Shown: piece by piece, positions 18,655 through 24,943 of the stretch
Layout of the letters: every line of letters starts with the position of its first letter
How positions within the stretch are numbered: the stretch's first letter is position 1
Source of the DNA: a virus
Taxonomy: Duplodnaviria; Caudoviricetes
Reading direction: 5' to 3' (one strand)
Length of the DNA: 24,943 nt
IMG/VR virus record: IMGVR_UViG_3300025066_000140
Coordinates: 1 to 24,943 of that record
Notes under the pieces: model-generated
The model's input: only the letters and a program-made list of their open reading frames with translations
The model's database searches: none
What the model was told of the DNA's origin: nothing
Program-made: the position numbers and the translations under genes

Positions 18655-19215
18655 ATGAATTATAAAGAAAAAATCGAGCCTGTTGGGCATTTACAAATTA
18701 TTAAGGTAAACCCTGATAATTCCCAAGAAATTCTAGTAGATGACCATAATATCATCACAGTTGGAATGGGTAGAAGTTTAGCTGCTATGTTTTCCAATGA
18801 GGATAAAACAAACTCATTTGATAACTTTACCATTCCTTTTTTCCAAATAGGAAGTGGAACTACTGCTATGGTCTCGTCCTTGACAAGTTTAGTATCACCT
18901 CTATCTTCAACTGATTATAACTCAACTGAAGTAACTTTAAGTTCCACCTTAGTTTCGGATAGCGCAGTTGCTCAGTCAGTAATTGCCATTCATCCTGCGT
19001 ACATATATCTCTCTGCAGCTAACAAAGTTACGTACTCTATAACTCTCGACGAAAATACAGCCAACAATATAGATATTTCTGAGTGCGGGCTGTTCAGCAA
19101 AAACCCATACCTGCAAACTCCATCTGTAGCCTATCTATGCGCTTACAGAAGTTTTGAGGACATACCTAAAAGGAACTCATATACTTTAATCTTTAACTGG
19201 ACAATAGAATTTTAA
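18655..19215 (+). CDS. tail-fibre attachment / baseplate protein (tail-collar-fibre N-domain-like)
   Basis: HNIITVGMG..LA, FQIGSG, YSITLDENTANNIDISECGLF...LCAYRSF..IPK..SYTLIFNWTIEF is the pattern of fibre-anchoring domains that follow P2-I-like genes. Confidence 0.65.
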   Translation: MNYKEKIEPVGHLQIIKVNPDNSQEILVDDHNIITVGMGRSLAAMFSNEDKTNSFDNFTIPFFQIGSGTTAMVSSLTSLVSPLSSTDYNSTEVTLSSTLVSDSAVAQSVIAIHPAYIYLSAANKVTYSITLDENTANNIDISECGLFSKNPYLQTPSVAYLCAYRSFEDIPKRNSYTLIFNWTIEF

Positions 19216-19218
19216 ATC

Positions 19219-22200
19219 ATGATTAGCGACGTAACCGGCGGAAACTTTGTAATAGACTACCCATCTACCTATTTAGTAGATATTAATAAATACCATGCAG
19301 CCCAATACTATAATTGGGAACAGGATAATATCCCTATTGACGATTTAGAAACCAGAACCGATACTTTAGGAGCTGCACTAGGAATTTTCGCAGACGGTAT
19401 TACCGGGACCACTATGACATTAGCTAATACTGAAGTCTCAGCTAATTCAGTATATGGCAGTATAGATAATATATTAAAACTTATTCCAAAAACTATTACT
19501 TTTCCTATTCTTGTAGAGATTAGTACCTACGGAAATTTAGGAGACCTAATTTTAGAAAATATAACCCTAAAAGGTAGAGGTAAATTAGAATTTATTAATA
19601 GGAATTACGCAACCGCAGTTAAAGGGGAAACTAATCACGCAGTCACAGACGGAACTGCTACAATCACATATTTCCCATGGGGTAACGAATTAATTACATC
19701 ATCTTTAACATCCCAAAAGATTGTAGGTGATATAGCAGCAGCAACCTCTACTAATACATTAAACTCTTCTCCTGCATGTTTTGATAAAGATGAATGGAAT
19801 GCATATTCTAGAATTATATCTTATAAAGACTTAAGCACCGACTCTGCGATAACTGAACCACTTTTCCACGTTTCTGGTGGAGGAGTAGTAATGTTGGACA
19901 CCGACTCTACGACTACTTACGGTTTTAGTGGCACTCCTTATACGGACGTAACCACTTCAGCCGATGATTCCAACCCTACCGAATTTGGCATGTCAGGACA
20001 GACATCATTTAGAAGTTCTACATACCGCACGGCACCAACAGCAACCGATATCGCCTCTCCTACCTATGTCTACGGAAATTGGTTTAACAGTGTTAAAGTT
20101 GAAAACTGTAGAGGATCTCAAATACAAATTAAAGGATTCTGCGTGGACGGCGTGGGAGTAAACGATAATTCCGATGATTACCACGCAAATGCAGTGGGCT
20201 TTGATATTCAAAATTCCGACGTAGTACTTACCTCATGTGCAGCTGTTAGAAACGCAGATGTAGGATTTAGAGTGGATAACTCTAATGTTTTGATTGAAGG
20301 GGGAATCGTTGGCTACCGCAACTATCCGTTTGATGGAAGTTCTCGCACCCCTGTTGCAGGAGAGACCGAATATGATATTTGGAATCTAGACTACAAAGGA
20401 CATGGATTTGAAGCTTATCGCTCACATATTACATTTGACCCTGATTCTAATTTAGATAATAATGATACAGGAACTGACTCATTTTTAGGAAAGCATGGAT
20501 TCATTATGAGTAATAATGGTGGTGATGGATGGAGATTTGATAACTGTAGAATTTCTGGAGGAGTAGGGGGTCATACCGGAACTGACGAACAGGGTGCTGG
20601 TCCTTTGGATTACCAAACTACTCAAATTATCGGAGCTTTTAATAAACTTAATGGTATAAATTTAATAGATTCAAATTCAGCATATAGAGGATTACTAAGA
20701 GCCCAAGGAAATGAAGTTAACGGAGTTACATCTAATAAATCTAAAGTATCCTGCATGGGAGTAGTATCGGAATTAAATAATGAAATAGGTTTATGTCTTA
20801 AATCTTCTGAATTTGTATACAATTATGGAGCTAATGATTTTGTCGCCGCGTATGATTCCAATAATATTAATTGGCATAACCGAGCAGGACATTCACTTCT
20901 AACTCCCGCTGTTAGTATCCAAGATAATGGAACTCAAAATATTAAAATTTTTAATAACTCTACATTCGAAAACGAACATATGGATTTCCAGTCTAGGAGA
21001 TCTGGACTTGTAGGAGGTAGGGGTAAGCCTAGTTATAGTTGGGCGATGCAAGCTGCTAACGGTCGAGGAGGTTCTCCTACAACGATCCGAGCCCATGAAA
21101 AATTTAATGTACCTCTAATATCAGTAGACCATAATTCATATGCTAGACTTCTAGGACTTTCAGTATTTGGGGATATTAACCCTTTAAATTCCGATCTTGA
21201 TACAGTAGATGCTTCTGCTGGAGTTAAAGGTAGAGCTTTAAGTGTAACAGATAATTCCCAAGTGGATTTATACGGTACATCTGCGTATTGTACAGTTCTA
21301 ACAAACGAACGAGATTATACTTCTTCTGGGGACCTTAAAGACTCTTGGAATAAATCTGCCGTATATGCGGGTAATAGCTCTAAGATAAGGATTTCCGGAC
21401 CCACTAAGATTTCTCAATTCGGAGTCGCCGCTCTCGCTGAAAATAATTCAGTACTTGAGATTGGACCTCCGTTAGATAATGTGGGAGCTTATGATTCAGG
21501 ACTGTATGATTTTGATAATCTTGTAAACGGCAACGGTCATACCAAAGTAGACATCCAAGGTACTCGTTCTTGTTTAGTCGTTAACGATAAATCTACATTA
21601 AATATTTCTAAATGTGGTGTTGGCGTTTCAGGTGATGCTTATACCTTTAATACGGCTTCTAAGAAAGCAGTAGATGATATATATCACGCGTCTTCGTATG
21701 TTCAATTGTACCCTAACGGATTTACTGAAGAAGCTTATTCCGATGACGGGGGAAAATACTGTGACCAAGATTGGAGAACAAAACTAAAAACTCCTGGAAA
21801 GTTTAATAGATTAACTATGGGATTTGATAGTTCTACATCTCCATCTAAAGATAATCATGTAAGTAGTACTACAGGAGGAATGTGTGTAAGGGCTTTAGGG
21901 GGTAGTAATGTATTGCTAGACCAAGTTAATTTCGAAGTTCACTTAGGGTGTACCGACGTATCTGGAGCATACTATAACATAGCAGGATCCGCTAACGAAG
22001 GAATTGGTCTGTACCATGGATCCGCAGGAGACGTTATGACCTCCGCTAATATGTTCGGAATTACTACCGAAGCTTATGGGGGTAGCCAAATTCATATGTG
22101 GAATATAGCTGATACGTCTCGTATTGTCGCATCCAACTTACAGATTAATAATCTAGATGGTTCAGCTGCGGGATATTACGGACCTGTAGGTCAGTGGGGA

Positions 22201-22965
22201 GCTGGGGATGTGTATAACTACAATCTAGGACCCTTAGATTACTACGGATCCGCAGGCGCATACGGCGCAAGATATGCAACTACCGCCGCCAAAAACTTTG
22301 GACCTTTTAGGCTTATGGTAGGGGTTAATTCTGACCTTATGAATTACTGTGAAGGTACTGTATCAGGTACAGGACAAACCGCAGTAAACTACGGGCATTC
22401 AGTCACCGGACCACGAGGAGGGGGAGGTACTCCTATAGCTCAAATTAACTCTCAAGGATATGCTGCTCCTGGAGCATTTGCTATTCCTATTGAGGATACT
22501 GATTATAGAGCTCACCAAAAGATTGAAGGAGTTCATTATGACGACTTCATCTTGGATGACGGCGATGCCGCTCAACCTATTTTTGGGGCAAGACCTAATG
22601 ATCCAAGCTCGGTAACTGTTGGTAGGAAATATATTGCAAGTCCAATGTTAACTAGGTACGATACTTATGTGCCTAATAATAGTACCAATCCTATTGCAGA
22701 GAATGTTTATACGGGTACGAATTTCCCTCTCCCACCTCTCCATATGGAATGGCAAGGATATCTTAGAAATTTCTTAGATGAGTCTGCTTCTGATGTATTT
22801 GCAAATGCGAAACACGGAGCTAGTAAAATGATTAAATTATGTTCAATTTTCAGATCTAATACTAATCCCACAATGGGTGGTGAAGGTAGGGACGGAAATT
22901 CGGGCTACACATTTGGAAAAGGCTGTAGATCCTTAAACCTCTTTGACTTGGATAAACTAGTATAA
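19219..22965 (+). CDS. tailspike / receptor-binding protein with a right-handed beta-helix (pectin-lyase-like)
   Basis: Cap motif YGSIDNILKLIPKTI.FPILVEI followed by many G/N-rich coils (NAVGFDIQNSDVVL, NADVGFRVDNSNVL, NGGDGWRFDNCRI, NKLNGINLIDSN). 1248 aa, in the fibre position. Confidence 0.75.
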   Translation: MISDVTGGNFVIDYPSTYLVDINKYHAAQYYNWEQDNIPIDDLETRTDTLGAALGIFADGITGTTMTLANTEVSANSVYGSIDNILKLIPKTITFPILVEISTYGNLGDLILENITLKGRGKLEFINRNYATAVKGETNHAVTDGTATITYFPWGNELITSSLTSQKIVGDIAAATSTNTLNSSPACFDKDEWNAYSRIISYKDLSTDSAITEPLFHVSGGGVVMLDTDSTTTYGFSGTPYTDVTTSADDSNPTEFGMSGQTSFRSSTYRTAPTATDIASPTYVYGNWFNSVKVENCRGSQIQIKGFCVDGVGVNDNSDDYHANAVGFDIQNSDVVLTSCAAVRNADVGFRVDNSNVLIEGGIVGYRNYPFDGSSRTPVAGETEYDIWNLDYKGHGFEAYRSHITFDPDSNLDNNDTGTDSFLGKHGFIMSNNGGDGWRFDNCRISGGVGGHTGTDEQGAGPLDYQTTQIIGAFNKLNGINLIDSNSAYRGLLRAQGNEVNGVTSNKSKVSCMGVVSELNNEIGLCLKSSEFVYNYGANDFVAAYDSNNINWHNRAGHSLLTPAVSIQDNGTQNIKIFNNSTFENEHMDFQSRRSGLVGGRGKPSYSWAMQAANGRGGSPTTIRAHEKFNVPLISVDHNSYARLLGLSVFGDINPLNSDLDTVDASAGVKGRALSVTDNSQVDLYGTSAYCTVLTNERDYTSSGDLKDSWNKSAVYAGNSSKIRISGPTKISQFGVAALAENNSVLEIGPPLDNVGAYDSGLYDFDNLVNGNGHTKVDIQGTRSCLVVNDKSTLNISKCGVGVSGDAYTFNTASKKAVDDIYHASSYVQLYPNGFTEEAYSDDGGKYCDQDWRTKLKTPGKFNRLTMGFDSSTSPSKDNHVSSTTGGMCVRALGGSNVLLDQVNFEVHLGCTDVSGAYYNIAGSANEGIGLYHGSAGDVMTSANMFGITTEAYGGSQIHMWNIADTSRIVASNLQINNLDGSAAGYYGPVGQWGAGDVYNYNLGPLDYYGSAGAYGARYATTAAKNFGPFRLMVGVNSDLMNYCEGTVSGTGQTAVNYGHSVTGPRGGGGTPIAQINSQGYAAPGAFAIPIEDTDYRAHQKIEGVHYDDFILDDGDAAQPIFGARPNDPSSVTVGRKYIASPMLTRYDTYVPNNSTNPIAENVYTGTNFPLPPLHMEWQGYLRNFLDESASDVFANAKHGASKMIKLCSIFRSNTNPTMGGEGRDGNSGYTFGKGCRSLNLFDLDKLV

Positions 22966-24044
22966 TGGTTGCAACTATAAATGAAAAAATTAGATTCTTT
23001 AAGGCAAATGATCCTTATTATTACGAAGTAGATAATCTACCTTTAATTGATTTATTGGAAAACGATAAAAGTTTAAGGGATACTCTTAACTCTATTATTA
23101 CGAGTAATCAAAACTGGGCTACCGAATACTATACTGATTATAGTGTTCAAACCGCAGTAGGTAACTCTAGTATTATTGATGTAGGTGGGGATGGCGATAT
23201 TCTCCCTAATAATGTAGTTGATTGGGTACTAAGTAAAGAGTACGTCACCCTTGAAGATGTAGACGAAAATACAGATGAAGTAATAGTACCTAAGAAATTA
23301 ACCCATCTACGAGATGTCCAAATATTAGCAAGTACTATAAACGAGGGGGATATTTTAGCATATGACCCAACTGTACTTCAATCCAATAATACCGATTATG
23401 GAGTTTTTGTTAACCAACCTCCGGAAGCAATCCCAGGTATCCCTAAAACCCATTACTTACCTGCGAGAAAGTTTATCATAGGTCAGGAAAAAGCAATAAC
23501 GGCTGGAGACGACAGTCATCACTTATGGAGTAGTCATACTCCTCCTTATAATAGCGAAACTATAATGGACAAAGATAGCTACAAACCCTTTGCATCTAAT
23601 GTGAACGGATATTCGCATGGCTTTTACTTTGTTAGAACGTTCCAAGATCTAGGTATCCCAGAAAACGCCACAAAGATTTTTTGTAAATGGGGAGTTAACT
23701 TTCACTGTGGGACAACTGTGATGAATTCTGATAGCCATATGCACTTAAATCACCCTCATTCCCATTACACCCCCGGGAAGATGGAGGTAGTTAATAGAAA
23801 TCCAAACGCATCAGTTCCAGGCTCAGCATTTCACAGATGGGAAGGATTAGCATTTGCAACCTCTGAAAAAACCGGAAGTTATCAAAATACTATGGAAGTA
23901 ATGTATGATCTTACTGTACATTACGGTAACCCTATAACACACCCAGAAGATCCAACTAAAAATCTTTTAATTTTCTATAATGGGATCATTGGTCATACTA
24001 AAGCTGCAAGCATATTCCTCTACGTATACGGTTATGAAGCTTAA
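22965..24044 (+). CDS. putative short tail fibre / receptor-binding protein
   Basis: N-terminal anchor shared with the preceding tailspike. LTHLRDVQI....NEGDILAYD...FVN is a fibre-knot-like motif. The C-terminal domain is His- and aromatic-rich. Confidence 0.6.
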   Translation: MVATINEKIRFFKANDPYYYEVDNLPLIDLLENDKSLRDTLNSIITSNQNWATEYYTDYSVQTAVGNSSIIDVGGDGDILPNNVVDWVLSKEYVTLEDVDENTDEVIVPKKLTHLRDVQILASTINEGDILAYDPTVLQSNNTDYGVFVNQPPEAIPGIPKTHYLPARKFIIGQEKAITAGDDSHHLWSSHTPPYNSETIMDKDSYKPFASNVNGYSHGFYFVRTFQDLGIPENATKIFCKWGVNFHCGTTVMNSDSHMHLNHPHSHYTPGKMEVVNRNPNASVPGSAFHRWEGLAFATSEKTGSYQNTMEVMYDLTVHYGNPITHPEDPTKNLLIFYNGIIGHTKAASIFLYVYGYEA

Positions 24045-24504
24045 ATTTTTAATCTCGCTACTCTTATTAGCATCCTGCTCCACACTAGCTCCTATAGCTG
24101 GGGGAGCAATTGGCGGAGCTGCAGGATCATTAGGGGGTCCAGCTACAGCAGCTTTAGGAGGAGCAGTTGGAGTTACAGCAGCTCAAATGGCATTCCCTAA
24201 TAACTCTGCTCCCGTAAGTGATGAAGTAGCTTTAGCAGCAGCTCAAACAGGTAAACCAGCTCCAGGCACAGTAGCATCTACAATCCACGAAACTAAAGGT
24301 TTAGTATGGGATTTAGGTTGGATGTACCTATTAATCTTCATCATAGTACCATTCTTATCTAAGAGAGGTCGTACTTGGATGAAAAAGTTTACCGATCTTG
24401 GTAACACAGTTTCTCAAAAAGATATAGAAGAAAGAGATCTTCAGCAAGATGATAGACTAAATAACCTAGAGGAACATATTAACAACCTCTTAAAAACCAA
24501 ATAA
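24034..24504 (+). CDS. lipoprotein with a glycine zipper and a C-proximal TM helix (possible spanin-like or membrane protein)
   Basis: Start re-called from 23980 to ATG 24034. MKLKFLISLLLLAS-C gives a lipobox (Cys codon 24076-24078). It is followed by GGAIGGAAGSLGG...LGGAVG, the TM LGWMYLLIFIIVPFLS, KRGR and a coiled-coil tail. Confidence 0.75.
   Translation: MKLKFLISLLLLASCSTLAPIAGGAIGGAAGSLGGPATAALGGAVGVTAAQMAFPNNSAPVSDEVALAAAQTGKPAPGTVASTIHETKGLVWDLGWMYLLIFIIVPFLSKRGRTWMKKFTDLGNTVSQKDIEERDLQQDDRLNNLEEHINNLLKTK
24457..24471 (+). promoter_or_regulatory. candidate late promoter (CTAAATA-ACC-TAGAG)
   Basis: Matches the motif at 934-947 and lies about 40 nt upstream of the ATG at 24506. Confidence 0.28.
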
Positions 24505-24505
24505 C

Positions 24506-24898
24506 ATGCAATTTATCGATTATAATTTTGTTTCAGACGATGTCGCAAAGAACATCATGGAATCTTACGGCTACGAAGTACCTGCAAAGGAAGAAGTAGT
24601 TAGCGAAGACGTCGCAGCTCCAGAGCTGCCTGATTACGTTTGTGTAGTAAATGAAACTACATATGCTCTTTGTGAAGGTGTAGAAGAGATTGAAGGTCAA
24701 CTCTACATACCAGTTACGGAAGTAAACGCTGAGCTTCATGAAGCACTAGCTGATAATGATACTACTCTACTCGAATCTGTTGAAATGGACGATACTAGTT
24801 ATGAATTCGGAGATATCTTCGAAGATGAAAAAACTGGTGAAATGTTTATCGCAATCAATGAAGTAAAGGTAGAAGAGACTACCAAAGACGAAGAGTAA
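24506..24898 (+). CDS. highly acidic hypothetical protein (possible prohead core/internal protein)
   Basis: About 37 of 130 residues are D/E, with 5 K and no R. Many [ILV]-x-E sites. Confidence 0.7.
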   Translation: MQFIDYNFVSDDVAKNIMESYGYEVPAKEEVVSEDVAAPELPDYVCVVNETTYALCEGVEEIEGQLYIPVTEVNAELHEALADNDTTLLESVEMDDTSYEFGDIFEDEKTGEMFIAINEVKVEETTKDEE

Positions 24899-24901
24899 TC
24901 C

Positions 24902-24943
24902 ATGACTAAGACGGTAATGGAGAAAGCAGACGAAATCCTCGCT
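24902..24943 (+). CDS. 3'-truncated hypothetical protein (MTKTVMEKADEILA...)
   Basis: ATG 3 nt after the preceding stop; the frame is open to the window edge. Confidence 0.55.
   Translation, partial: MTKTVMEKADEILA

Noticed and set aside
958-19215. Interpretation as a bacterial eCIS/T6SS/tailocin locus
   Set aside because: T4-style gp53/gp6/gp25, gp2-like and Cas4-like neighbours, multiple RBPs and the absence of an AAA+ ATPase or Tss genes favour a phage. Head genes are outside the window, so this is not formally excluded.
23980-24033. Upstream ATG given by the ORF track for the lipoprotein
   Set aside because: It overlaps the fibre gene by 65 nt. ATG 24034 gives a clean signal peptide and lipobox.
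942-24739. Numerous short minus-strand and alternative-frame ORFs in the ORF track (e.g. 942-1316, 5210-5518, 9188-9559, 16326-16820, 19964-20161)
   Set aside because: They lie wholly or almost wholly within long, motif-supported + strand genes and look like antisense or frame shadows with no recognisable motifs.
1-24943. CRISPR array, DGR template/variable repeats, tRNAs, introns/inteins, intrinsic terminators
   Set aside because: There is essentially no non-coding space, and I saw no nucleotide-level repeats, RT gene or convincing hairpin-polyT by eye.

Overview
About 25 kb of AT-rich, densely coding DNA (roughly mid-30s %GC by eye). It encodes the tail-tip and baseplate module of a large contractile-tailed (myovirus) bacteriophage with T4-like homologues. 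From 549 to the window end the genes form one tightly coupled + strand run. In order they are: a gp2-like DNA end protector, tape measure protein, tube-initiator-like protein, gp53/LysM-like wedge, large hub, gp5/VgrG-like spike, PAAR tip, a small structural protein, a LamG-domain protein, gp25, gp6/baseplate J, a gp7/P2-I-like wedge, two paralogous fibre-attachment-like proteins (one with a 7-repeat RCC1 insertion), a 1248-aa beta-helix tailspike, a short fibre, a lipoprotein with a C-terminal TM helix, and an acidic protein. The window opens in the 3' end of a probable Cas4/PD-(D/E)XK Fe-S nuclease gene that the ORF track misses. I saw no RNA genes, CRISPR arrays or IS elements. All product calls come from motifs recognised by eye plus gene order; no database search was run.
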